Shown here one piece after another: positions 1-16,600 of a DNA stretch of 64,000 nucleotides. Both the position numbers and the translations under genes were made by a program. A model generated the notes under the pieces. It saw nothing but the letters and a program-made list of their open reading frames with translations, was not told the origin of the DNA and ran no database searches. Numbering within the stretch: the stretch's first letter is position 1; each line of letters opens with the position of its first letter. Source of the DNA: the human T2T-CHM13v2.0 reference genome, Homo sapiens; assembly GCF_009914755.1 (NCBI RefSeq), contig NC_060929.1; one strand, given 5' to 3'.

Positions 1-392
<392 letters not shown>

Positions 393-839
393 AGGAAACA
401 CTTTCTAATTCCCCATCTCCAGATGGGTTGGTTCTATGCATTCACCCATTCATTCAACAGGCATTGTTTGGACTCCTATGACCCATCAACATTACTGTGC
501 TAGACCCAGATAGACAGTGGTGAAAACAAAGCCCACATTCCATCCAAGAAAGTAACTCTCCTTCGAGTTTGCTCCAGCTCATTTTAAAACATGATCCTGA
601 ATTCTTCTCTCCATACCTGAAGGAGAAGCAAAACTAACTCAACCCAGTTGACAATGTGTCTGCCATGCCCATCTCTAGCCTCTTTTTGAACCAACACTTT
701 GGTTCTTCCTTGGAACCCTGACTCCCATGCATATCCCATATGTATTTGGAACTAGGATGTACACTACAAAGTATACCAGTAGAATCTGAACTATCCAGCA
801 TTTCTCAGGCATATTTATCACATTAAACAATCAAACTTT

Positions 840-1975
840 TAAGACTTCATGATCAAGAACCCAAAATCAAATGCAACAAAAACGAAGATAAATAAATGGA
901 CTTAATTAAACTAAAAAGCTTCTGCACAGCAAAAGAAATAATCAGCAGAGTTAACAGACAACCTACAGAGTGGGAGAAAATATTCACAATCTATACATCC
1001 AACAAATGACTAATATTCAGACTCTGTAAGAACTCAAACAAATCAGCAAGAAAACAAAACGATCCCATCAAAAACTGAGCTAAGGACATGAATAGACAAT
1101 TCTTAAAAGAACACATACAAAGAGCCAGCAAACATATAGAAAAATGGTCAGCATCACTAATTATCAGGGAAATGCAAATCAAAACCACAATGCAATACCA
1201 CATCACTCCTACAAGAATGGCCATAATAAAAAAATTAAAAAATAATAGATCTTGGCAGGGATGCAGTGAAAAGGGAACACTTTCACACTGTTGGTGGGGA
1301 TGTAAACTAGTACAAACACTATGGAAAACAGTGTGGAGATTCCTCAAAGAACTAAAAGTAGATCTACTGTTTGATCCAGCAATCCCACTACTAGGTATCT
1401 ACCCAGAGGAAAAAAAAGTCATTATATGAAAAAGATACTTGCACGTGCATGTTTATAGCAGCACAATTTGCAATTGCAAAACTATGGAACTAGCCCAAAT
1501 GCCCATCAATCAACAAGTGGATAAAGAAAATATTATATGATATATATATATATACACACACACATGCATACACACACCATGGAATACTACTCAGCCATTA
1601 AAAGGAACAAAATAAGGGCATTCACTGCAACCTGGATGGAACTGGAGACTATTATTCTAAGTGAAGTAACTCAGGAATAAAAAACCAAACATTGTATTTA
1701 TTCATTCATACCTTGGAGCTAAGCTATGAAGACGCAAAGGTATAAAAATCATACATTGGACTTTGGGGACTAGGGAGAAAGTGTGGGTGTTGGCGAGGGA
1801 TAAAAGACTACACATTGGGCATAGTGTACACTGCTAGGGTGATGGGTGCACCAAAATCTCAGAAATCACCGCCAAAGAACTTATTCATGTAACCAAATAT
1901 CACCTGTTCCCCAAAAGCCTATTGAAATAAAAAATAAAAAATTAATAAAACAAGTAAATAAATAAAAATAAATTC
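840..1975 (+). mobile_element. 5'-truncated LINE-1 3' end (L1PB-like)
   Basis: ORF 1088-1429 matches the L1 ORF2 C-terminus (REMQIKTT...[10 protein letters not shown]); L1PB-type 3'UTR; A-rich tail at about 1925-1975. Confidence 0.9.
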
Positions 1976-2109
1976 TAAAGGCCATTTCTTTGAATTCTGG
2001 AGAGCAGCTCTGCATGGAGGTAGACATCCACAGTGAGTCTGAAGGCAACAGGGTTTGGTGTGAGTGATATGTCTCAGTTGCTCCCTAGGTTGCTGCTTGC
2101 ATTGCTGAG

Positions 2110-2760
2110 TAGGTAGTATTGTCTAAGATAGGGACACTGGGAGAAGACTTGCTTTAATTAGGGGTGTTGGAGAGTGGAATTCATAAGTTCAGGTTTATCC
2201 TGATTAAACTTGAAATGTCTCTAGGAATTCAAAAGAGGGTGTCAAGCAAGCAGGCATGTATATGAGCAGAAGTATGTAGCCTGGAGATAACAAATGTGTG
2301 CTTCATCTGCAAATGGGGATAACTGAAGTTATGAGCTTGGGTGGTGTCTGAGAAGAAAGTACTGAAGAACAGAGGGTCTAGAGCCCGACATGGAGAAATC
2401 CCAACATTTAATGTCAGAGCAGTACAGAATAAGCCTGCCAAGGAGACAGAGAAGAAGGATCCTAAGAAGCAGGCGAAAAGCCAGGAGAGTATTAGCGCCC
2501 AGAAGCCAAAGGAAGAGAATGTATCAAGGAATGTGTGGTTAAATTCAAAAGCTGCTGAAAGGTCGGATAAGATAAGGAATAAAAAACATTCATTGGATCT
2601 AGAAAGATGTAGGTCACTGGTGACCACAGCAGAAGATGAGAAAAAAATGATGGCGCTAGAATTCATATCGGAGTGGACTGGAGAGTAAGTGAGAGGTGAG
2701 GAAATGAAGCCAGTGAAACTAGACAACTCTTTCTACTACTTTGGCTATGAAAGGGCATGA
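2110..2760 (-). mobile_element. LINE-2 fragment
   Basis: Antisense L2 text (ctgctgaaaggtcggataagataagg...cattggatctag...gtcactggtgacc); minus ORF contains RT remnant LILSDLSAAF. Confidence 0.75.
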
Positions 2761-5103
2761 GAGCAATAGGGAAGAAATGAATTGAGATGAGGAAGAGAAT
2801 ATTTTTGATTTTTGCTTGCTTTCTTTCTATTTTTGCAATGTGAGAGACTAGATTGTGTCTAAAAATATTATTCCAATATTTTGAAAGGAGATTACTGGGT
2901 GTACTTTCAGTACAGTGCTAGGGTGCACTTTTTACAACAATTTACAACTCTGTAACAGCCAACATGGACATTTTTATTACTAGAAACATAAATAAATTTA
3001 ATCCAGAGTAAATAGACTAACAGTGTGAACCAACGGACCTGCTGGACATTAACCAGTGTTGTGCCTAACCCAGAAATTATATCCTAACATTTCTTTGTTG
3101 AATTGACTATATATGTCACGTTTCCAGTGCTTTTTGGGCTGGTTTTACTGTTTTACCTGCCCCCTCCATTATTTAATGAATTAAATAAAATCATTGTCAT
3201 GTGCTTGTTTTGCATTTGCCTGAGAATCATGATTTTTACCATTGTAAAAACTATACTTTCATACTTGCCAAACCAATTTTAAGAAGGAAGTGGAGAGATC
3301 AGATCAAGCACCAGCTTCATGAAAATGAAAGAAACATATTCAGAAAAATGCAGGCTGCAGAACAATATAAAGAAGAAGGAAGTAGGCAACAGTAGAGCTG
3401 AGAAAATCCTAGGAAGGACACGAACTTTCAAAACATAAAGCCATAACTATTTAGGGTTTTAAGTTTGAGGCCTACAGAATTTGCACTATGAGTTCATAAA
3501 CAATTTCTGGTCAATACTTATTTTAAGTGAATAAACTAGAAAAGATAGAGACTTTTACTCAGAGAGTGAAAGCTGAGTATTGTAAGGGGCTTTTGGATGC
3601 ATTTGTGAATGGGAATCCAAATGCAATGGATTGGTTTAACTGGTAATATCTTTACATTTCCAAATTCAGATGTTTACTTCTGGGCAGAGTTCAACAAGCA
3701 TCATCAGAGCATCTCACTAGTTTTGGTGCCTTACCACCTCTTCACGGCTGCTCACCCGGCACTAATGTAGATGATGTTCCACACAGCCCAGGAAAGAAGT
3801 GGTCATTATGGAAATAAGCACATGTGGTTAAAGACAGCAGCACACTCTGCCCCGAGCTCCCAAAATAAACTTGCTTACATAATATACAAAAACCTCCCAA
3901 TCACTCCCTTGAGTTCCCTTGGCAGAACAGCCCATTTCCACCAAGAGGAACTATTCCATTATCCACGATAAGGACTCTACTCACTAACATTTTTGTCACT
4001 CTTACAATAAGGCTTTTTGAACTTTTATCAGAAAGGTCTTTGCTGGCCCCTTTTGCTGCACAGAAATGGTAGTTAAGGGCATCAAACTGGCTCAGCAAAA
4101 ATAAAACATTAATCAACAGTAACCTTCTGTTTTATCTGTTTTCCTACCCAAGGCCTGATTATCTCGTGAACAGTCCATTCTAAGAAGTCATTGTGACACT
4201 GCTTATTTGAGCAATATGTTTATTCAGAGTTGCTCACCTCTTACGGTGATCTTCACAGTGTAAATTTGTTTGAAGCAGGGATCTGACTGTTCCCAAATTT
4301 TGCCTAGTGCAGTGCTTTTTCAAACAGAAAACAAAATTCATGTATTTTGATCACAGGGATAATACTGATAATGATGACGAGAAGGCACAAAGGCCTGTGG
4401 GGAATGTTCTGAGGCAGCACAGAGCAGCAGAATGTTCATAACTATGGCTAGTTCCATGGCACAGTTACAGAAGCAGCATCAGAAACGATCGATTGGTTTT
4501 GGCACCGCTCACCTGGAAGACAGGCTCTAGCTGACTAAATTTCTATGCATTACAAATGACTGGTTAGCAAAGAAATGTGGTTACAATGTCTGACTCATTA
4601 AAAGGAGAGAGAAAGAGAACACTTTCTCACTGGCTTTTTTTTCTATGTAGAATTCATATGTCCTTACTATACTTTATCACTTGCTCTCCTTATTTGTGAT
4701 AAATATAAGAAGGTCAAATTGTTACCTGTCTTGCTACATAGTATTAAGAGGGGAAAAAGCCCTGGTGGACACCTTTTGCTGCAGCCAACAACATGCCCAT
4801 TACCCCATCCTACAGAGCAGTTAGAGGGAGGAAGAAATGCTTCAGTGCAGTTGACTGTTCCTCCAAGGATGTGCAAGACCATAGGCAGGAAATAGGATCC
4901 AAAACATTTTTATTTGCTGCAGAAGAAATGGCTCATGATCAGTCCATCATGTTTTGCCAGGCAAAGCTCCAATCACCTCCTACAACTGGGGCAAAGCAAG
5001 GAGGGGAGCAAGCACAGAGAAGGAAAGTGTAAGGAGATGGCCTGAGGGCTCATTTCCACTCCTGTCCCAGAGCCCCCTTGGTAAAAAACAGAACAATGGC
5101 CAC

Positions 5104-5330
5104 CATTTATGAACATTTAACATGTGCCAGACTCTGAGCTAAGTACTTTCAGTATACCAGCTAATTTAATCCTTCCAACACCCATTATGAGGTAGGTATA
5201 ATTAACTACTCTTTACTCTTTCAGAAACTGAGCCTTTAAGACATTAAATAACTTGCCTCAAAGCATACAACTGCCAGGTGTTGGAGTCAAATCCCAGGCC
5301 CATCTGACTCTACAACCTTACCCTCAATCA
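5104..5330 (-). mobile_element. MIR SINE
   Basis: Antisense MIR core: gaaactgag...taaataacttgcctcaaagcatacaactg. Confidence 0.75.
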
Positions 5331-5652
5331 TTATGTTATGTTAATGCCATAGAAAACTAGACGTCATTAAGCCTCCTCTAGTCTAACCTTTTACTGAGTG
5401 CACAAATTCCCTTGATAACATCCCAAACACATGGCCATCTATGGCTCTGTAACCTCCACTAAAGGAGCAGTACTGCATAGCCTGGCATTTCTCGAACTGG
5501 TACCTGAATCCTCAAAGCAGATAGATTCTTAACACCCATTTGTACCCAGAGGACATTCAAAGCCATAGTCTAACCATGCCCCCTCTCCTAGAGGGTCAAT
5601 TATACTTAAAGAGATGGAGGAGCAATTATATTTTTTATTAAAACAAACAATA

Positions 5653-5872
5653 CAGCTAAGTCCTCACTTAGTGAAATGCCAAAAAACAAAACCAATTTTA
5701 TTGTAGGCTAATTGATATAAATAACAGTAATGGCCTATTTCCGTTCACAAAAACATCACCAAACTTCTAAAGAAAAACCAAAACACTTCTAATATTTAAC
5801 ACTGAAATAAATGTGAGCTATATGTACATTTAAGAAAGATTAATAAAAACAAGAAAATCATTATTTACCCAC
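5653..5872 (-). mobile_element. MER6-family (TcMar-Tigger) DNA transposon, left piece
   Basis: Starts after TA with cagctaagtcctcac; MER6-type text (aaaaacatcaccaaacttctaa, gtgagctatatgtacatttaagaaagattaata); resumes at 12911. Confidence 0.7.
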
Positions 5873-6160
5873 TGCCTCAGAGTCCCCACTGCCTCAGAGT
5901 CCCCACAAGGAAAATGCCTGGTGGAGGCCGCAGAAGCAGGGCCACCCACCCTCCAGACCCTAGAATATTAGAGCCACCAGCAGTGCGCAACCTCAGCGTG
6001 GAGAAGCTGCAGGCATTTGACTGCAACTCACAAGAGCAGCCAAGTGGGCCGAGCCTGCGAAGCCACAGAGGCAGGGCTTCCTCGGCCTTGGGAACCCACC
6101 TCTCACCGGTGTGCCCAGGATGTAGGACATGGAGTCAAAGGAGTTCATTTCTGGAGCTCT
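5873..6160 (+). mobile_element. MaLR (MST/THE1-type) internal sequence, split by the L1
   Basis: cagagtccccac...ctccagaccctagaat...ggagtcaaaggag..tttctggagct; continues after the L1 TSD at 12208. Confidence 0.75.
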
Positions 6161-6173
6161 AAGACTTACTGTC

Positions 6174-7070
6174 GCAAGATGGCCGAATAGGAACAGCTCA
6201 GGTCTACAGCTCCCAGCGTGAGCGACGCAGAAGACGAGTGATTTCTGCATTTCCATCTGAGGTACCGGGTTCATCTCACTAGGGAGGGCCAGACAGTGGG
6301 CGCAGGTCAGTGGGTGCGCTCACCGTGCACAAGCCAAAGCAGGGCGAGGCATTGCCTCACTTGGGAAGCGCAAGGGGTCAGCGAGTTCCCTTTCTGAGTC
6401 AAAGAAAGGGGTGACAGACGGCACCTGGAAAATCGGGTCACTCCCACCCGAATACTGCGCTTTTCCGACGGGCTTAAAAAACGGCGCACCACGAGATTAC
6501 ATCCCACACCTGGCTCGGAGGGTCCTACGCCCACGGAGTCTCGCTGATTGCTAGCACAGCAGTCTGAGATCAAACTGCAAGGCGGCAGCGAGGCTGGGGG
6601 AGGGGCGCCCGCCATTGCCCAGGCTTGATTAGGTAAACAAAGCAGCTGGGAAGCTCCAACTGGGTGGAGCCCACCACAGCTCAAGGGGGCCTGCCTGCCT
6701 CTGTAGGCTCCACCTCTGGGGGCAGGGCACAGACAAACAAAAAGACAGCAGTAACCTCTGCAGACTTAAATGTCCCTGTCTGACAGCTTTGAAGAGAGCA
6801 GTGGTTCTCCCAGCACGCAGCTGGAGATCTGAGAACAGGCAGACTGCCTCCTTAAGTGGGTCCCTGACCCCTGACCCCCGAGCAGCCTAACTGGGAGGCA
6901 CCCCCCAGCAGGGGCACACTGACACCTCACACGGCAGGGTACTCCAACAGACCTGCAGCTGAGGGTCCTGTCTGTTAGAAGGAAAACTAACAAACAGAAA
7001 GGACAGCCACACCAAAAACCCATCTGAACATCACCATCATCAAAGACCAAAAGTAGATAAAACCACAAAG
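6174..7070 (+). promoter_or_regulatory. L1 5'UTR internal sense/antisense promoter with YY1 site
   Basis: CAAGATGGCCG at 6175-6185; many CpGs retained at 6170-6620. Confidence 0.8.
6307..6615 (-). CDS. L1 ORF0 (antisense 5'UTR ORF), open, 102 aa
   Basis: ATG at 6615 gives MAGAPPPASLPPCSLISDCCASNQRDSVGVGPSEPG..., the primate L1 ORF0 N-terminus; expression unknown. Confidence 0.6.
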   Translation of the reverse strand: MAGAPPPASLPPCSLISDCCASNQRDSVGVGPSEPGVGCNLVVRRFLSPSEKRSIRVGVTRFSRCRLSPLSLTQKGNSLTPCASQVRQCLALLWLVHGERTH

Positions 7071-8087
7071 ATGGGGAAAAAACAGAGCAGAAAAACTGGA
7101 AACTCTAAAAAGCAGAGCACCTCTCCTCCTCCAAAGGAACGCAGCTCCTCACCAGCAACGGAACAAAGATAGACGGAGAATGACTTTGACGAGTTGAGAG
7201 AAGAAGGCTTCAGACGATCAAACTACTCCAAGCTACAGGAAGAAATTCAAACCAAAGGCAAAGAAGTAGAAAACTTTGGAAAAAATTTAGAAGAATGTAT
7301 AACTAGAATAACTAATACAGAGAAGTGCTTAAAGGAGCTGATGGAGCTGAAAACCAAGGCTCAAAAACTACGTGAAGAATGCAGAAGCCTCAGAAGCCAA
7401 TGCGATCAACTGGAAGAAAGGGTATCAGCAATGGAAGATGAAATGAATGAAATGAAGCGAGAAGGGAAGTTTAGAGAAAAAAGAATAAAAAGAAATGAGC
7501 AAAGCCTCCAAGAAATATGGGACTATGTGAAAAGACCAAATCTACGTCTGATTGGTGTACCTGAAAGTGACGAGGAGAATGGAACCAAGTTGGAAAACAC
7601 TCTGCAGGATACTATCCAGGAGAACTTCCCCAATCTAGCAAGGCAGGCCAACGTTCAGATTCAGGAAATACAGAGAACTCCACAAAGATACTCCTCGAGA
7701 AGAGCAACTCCAAGACACATAATTGTCAGATTCACCAAAGTTGAAATGAAGGAAAAAATGTTAAGGGCAGCCAGAGAGAAAGGTCGGGTTACCCACAAAG
7801 GGAAGCTCATCAGACTAACAGCGGATCTCTCGGCAGAAACCCTACAAGCCAGAAGAGAGTGGGGACCAATATTCAACATTCTTAAAGAAAAGAATTTTCA
7901 ACCCAGAATTTCATATCCAGCCAAACTAAGCTTCATAAGTGAAGGAGAAATAAAATACTTTACAGACAAGCAAGTGCTGAGAGATTTTGTCACCACCAGG
8001 CCTGCCCTAAAAGAGCTCCTGAAAGAAGCGCTAAACATGGAAAGGAACAACCGGTACCAGGCGCTGCAAAATCATGCCAAAATGTAA
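7071..8087 (+). pseudogene. L1 ORF1p, disrupted
   Basis: ATG at 7071 (MGKKQSRK); in-frame TAG at 7170-7172; remainder open to ...QNHAKM* at 8087. Confidence 0.93.
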
Positions 8088-8135
8088 AGACCATCAAGAC
8101 TAGGAAGAAACTACATCAACTAACGAGCAAAATAA

Positions 8136-11971
<3,836 letters not shown>

Positions 11972-12207
11972 ACAATGAGATCACATGGACACAGGAAGGG
12001 GAACATCACACTCTGGGGACTGTTGTGGAGTGGGGGGAGGGGGGAGGGATAGCACTGGGAGATATAACGAATGCTAGATGACGAGTCAGTGGGTGCAGCG
12101 CACCAGCATGGCACATGTATACATATGTAACTAACCTGCACAATGTGCACATGTACCCTAAAACTTAAAGTATAATAATAAAAGAAAAAAAAAAAAGACT
12201 TACTGTC

Positions 12208-12910
12208 TGCCCTGCTGGGTTTTAGATTTGCTTGGGACCTGTTTTTCCTTGCTTTTAGCCCATTTCTTCCTTCTGAAATAGAAATGTTTACCAAATGTCT
12301 GTTACACCATTGTGTCTGGAAAGTAAATAATCATTTTCGATTTTACAATCCTAAGTCTCAGGAAACTTGCCCTGAGTCTCAGTTGAGACTTTAGGCTTTG
12401 GACTTTTAAGTTGGTACTGGAACAAGTTAATCCTTTTGGGACTATTGGGATGGAAAGATAGTATTTACATGTAAGGACATGAGTTTTTTGGGGCCAGGAG
12501 CAGAATGCTGTAGTTTGGAGGTTTGTTCCCTCCAAACCTCATGTTGAATTTTGGGGCCTAATGGAAGGTGTTTGGGTCATGGGGGTGGATCTCTCATGAA
12601 TAGATGAATGCCCTTCCTCAGGGATGAGTGAGTTGACTTCTTGCTCTATTGGTTCTTGTTAAAAAGAGCCTTGCTCCTCCCGCCTTTTCTCTTGCTTCCT
12701 CTCTCACAGTGTGATCTCTACATATGCCACCTCCAGCTCCCCTTTACCTTCTGCAATGAATGGAAGCAACCTGAGGCCCTCACCAAATGCAGATGTCAGT
12801 GTCATGCTTCTTGTAGAGTCTGCAGAATGATGAGCCAAATAAATCTTTTTCTTTGTAAATTACACAGCCTCAGGTATTTCTTTATAGCAACACAAAACAG
12901 AATTAAGATA
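12208..12910 (+). mobile_element. MaLR internal end plus 3' LTR (MST-type; LTR about 12506-12910)
   Basis: PPT-like gggccaggagcagaa followed by tgctgtagtttgg...; LTR end ttctttatagcaacacaaaacagaattaagata. Confidence 0.8.
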
Positions 12911-13257
12911 CCCACTTATTCCAGTTTAGGGTCTTAAGTGGCCACAGCCTATCTCAGCACCTCAGGGAACAAGGTGGGAACCTGGCCTGGTCAAGATATC
13001 ATTCCATTGCAGGGTGCACTCACATCCATGCCCACATTCCCTCAGACTGGGCAATTTAGACATGCCAATTCACCCAACATGCCCATCTTTGGGAAATGGA
13101 AAGAAACCAGAGTACTCGAAGAAAACCCATGCAGACATGGGAAAAAATGTGCAAACTTCACACAAACAGTGGCTCTGGCCAGGAATTGATTATTTTTCTC
13201 ATCAGTATTATAACAAAACAACATTGAACAAAAACAATGTTATGTGAGGATCAACTG
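12911..13257 (-). mobile_element. MER6-family DNA transposon, right piece
   Basis: ggaaagaaaccagagtactcgaagaaaacccatgcagacatggg...gtgcaaacttcacaca; ends gaggatcaactg followed by TA. Confidence 0.7.
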
Positions 13258-13449
13258 TATACTGTGGAATTAATCGCAACATCATCATTTATGAAACCTT
13301 AAAAATTAGCGCTTGCATTGAACAATTACATTCTACAAGACCAGAAGCTGCAATCCCATGTGACTCCCCACCCCAAACTGATACTACTACCAGGTTCAAA
13401 TTCTGTCTGCTATACTTAGTAGTACTTCAATGCAAAAGAATGAGAGGAA

Positions 13450-13690
13450 CTGGTTTAGTGGACTAAGTATAATCTTTGGAATCTAAGTCCAAAGTTCATA
13501 TCCCATCACTACTTCTAATCTGCTATCAGCTTAATCATGAGCAAGTTACTTAATCTGTCTGAGCCTCAATTTCCTTATCCACAAAATGGGAATGATATTG
13601 CTCACTTCTTAGAGTGGTTGGGGGGATTAAATAGACAAGTACAAGTGTCCAGAATAGTTCCTGGCACATCAGAAATTATCAGTATGGTTT
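13450..13690 (+). mobile_element. MIR SINE
   Basis: gcaagttacttaatctgtctgagcctcaatttccttatccacaaaatggg core. Confidence 0.8.
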
Positions 13691-16600
13691 CCTTCCCCCT
13701 CATTCTCTGAAATCCACTCTAAATTAGTATGTTTAGCATAATCGACCCTCCCAGCATCACAGAGGGGCTCCTGCTTGTCACTGAAGCTTCCTGAACCTCT
13801 TTTTATACTACCCTTGACAAGACTCAGTTAATGAACATTGCTAGAGATTAGCTGGTGTGAATCACAGGCTCCGTCTCTATTTCCTTCCTCACCTCCTGTC
13901 TAGCTTTCCTCACTGGAGAGCTGCCATTCCTCCCACCTGCAAGATGTGAGTACTGCCTGTACACTACTAGGCCACATCTAGTCACCTGTAATCTCAAAGC
14001 AATGGTCATTTGAAGTATCTGGATAGGAACACAAAGATATCTAAAGCTGCAAGAGGATCCGGGTTTCCCTAGAAAGACAACCTTATTATCTCAGAGGAAT
14101 TTGCAAAGTGCACAACTTGGGAGGAAGAAGGGACTTCTTCCTTGGGGCTACTGAAAATTGTTCACTTTGGTTTTATAGAGACCTCCATTTCTGACTCAGG
14201 CTAGGGGGAACCATTCATCAATAACAGAGAGGTGGAAAAGGGATTTGCAAACAAGGATCCACACTTAATCAGCAGGTGCCAGAAATTGCATCCCAGTGCT
14301 GTGAGCTCTCCTTACACTGACAGAAGTGGCAAAGGGAACAAGGGGTCCAGGTGCGCCCCAGGCTGTGTCCCAGTCTCACAGCTGATAGCTCGGCTCTTGA
14401 AACCCCAGGGGATGGCTGGCTGGGGTGGTATTACAGGGCTGGTAAAGTGTTGCTTTTTAAAAATACACATTTTATTGTGATAATGGGATGTTAAAGAAAG
14501 AAAGAGAAAGGCAGGTGCCCCTTGGGAGTCATTCAACAGCGTTACCACATGTGATACCTAGGGAAGCATTTCCCTTTTTGCTTAGAAACAACCAGCTACC
14601 CAGGTGGTGCCTGGGTAAGGTTTCTTAGCCAGCACCTCTTTGACCTGGTGAGGAAGCCAGTAACAATTTAGCTCTCTTTGTTTCTTCCAACCGCCATCTA
14701 ATTCATGGGCAGTGGTCTGACTTCTTCTTTATGCTTTTCCCTGGAGCAGCAGGGTCATTGCTCTTTGAACTCAGCTTTCTGAACTGGAAGGAACGGGCCC
14801 AAACCAGGCTGTCATGCGTCCATCCCAACCCACTGTGGGCTCAGGGGGTTTCCTCTGTTTCTGTGAGAGCAAGGGCAGGGACAGAGTGTTGTGGCCAGGA
14901 AGGTCTGATGAGCAGCTACTCTGTCTCGCTCAGCTTCACAACTCTCTACCAATCAGCTAAGTAAACTGATGCCTCTATGTCTCTCAACTGAACCACAAGT
15001 TAATTGGAAAGTCATCCTGCAAACCTGGGTATTGGGGAGTGAATAAAATCCTCTCTCTCTGACAAGGCTAGTAGTTCCTTTAGCCAGTTGCTGGTTGAGA
15101 AATTCTTATCAGTAGTGCCCTTTATATACACAGTTGAAGTTGATATGCCTTTAAAATTCTCTTATCATACGGATTTTTACTTCTTAGCACATTATAAACC
15201 CAGTAGGACAAACTGTTAAAAAAAAACTGTTAAAAAGGACTGTCTACAAATCTATTAATCCTGGGATACAAAGTGTAGGATTTTCCATCAGCCAAAGTTA
15301 TTATTGTTCATTTTGTGCTCTGAAGGTGCTTTTCCCTTTGTTTAATGAGCTAAAGCTTCAGGACAACCCTGTTAGAGGGGCTGATGCCATAGCAGTCATT
15401 ATCTTCATTTTCTGCACAAAGTGTCAAGAAAGGAAGTGATATACTAGAGGTCCTGGAGCCTCTGCTTGAACTAGGACTTGAACCCTTATAATCCAGAGCA
15501 AGAGGCTGAGACTTGCCCCTCTAACTTTTACCACCACTAAACTAGCCATCCACCCCCTGAAGGGGGCTGCCCATTTTAACCTTTCTTATTTACACATCTG
15601 TTTATTAAATCCCACTTTAGAAGAGATGAGAGGCAAAGAGAGAAATTAAGAAAATATTCATATCATAAGTCATTGTGTCCTCACCAGATGGAAGAAAAAT
15701 AAAGAAAAATTTAGCAATTCTTTCAGATGAGTTTAAGGAATGTCCCTGTGTGTCTTGAATGGCAAGAGAAGGAAAACATTCCCCTTTCAATGGGTACTTC
15801 CTCTGCTTTAAACTGGCAAGAAACACCTCAATAACGGGTTGTACAGAATGTTACTTCAAAGACCTCAAGTTGGCACTTTGGATGCTCTTGCCACAAACTG
15901 TATCCAAAAATGATTTAACTTCCCCCAGCCAGTGATGCGTACAAATGGCGCACACACCACTAACCACACATGCACGCAACATATGAATTCCCATATTCCT
16001 GATTTCTCATTCCAACTTAAGAATACTTTTTCCAGAGCTAAAAAGACATGAATCGAGTTCGTAAAAGGATATGTGAGAAAATGCCAAAAGAAAAATGAAA
16101 ATCAGATGCTTTTAAAGGCAGAGCCTGAAGTGCTTTGCTGAGATGTTCTGCACCCTAAAGGCCACCGAATCTTGTAGACCAAAGGGTCATAGGGTATGGC
16201 AGCAGGAGGAAAGTAGTTTAGTAGTTCTTTAAAGTAGTTATAAAATACTTAATCTTCTGAAGGAATGGTATTTCTGAGTAGTTCTTATGGGCATAGCATC
16301 CCTGCAACTCAAAATACTTTTCTGTATCATTGTTGCTATACTTTCAGCTGGTGGGATTCTTGAGAATGAAAGAAGTCATTTCCACCAAAATGAATACCCT
16401 GATAGCATGACTGGGCCTAGAAAAAATAACAGCAGCATAGTTTTTCAGCCTAGTGCATTCATAGACTCAAAAGATTTATTGGGAATATGGAGTGGTGGGA
16501 AGGTAATATTTTACATCATAGTTTTTATTTTTGTTAAACCCCTGAGGTGAATTCCTATGTTCTGAGCCAGCTTCTCATCAACAGAATTAAAATGTTCTCT

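Noticed and set aside
2229-2726. 165-aa and 115-aa ORFs
   Set aside because: Both lie in a decayed L2 element
16250-16430. Minus-strand coding exon after an acceptor-like ttttttctag
   Set aside because: All three frames hit stops within about 80 nt and no recognisable protein results
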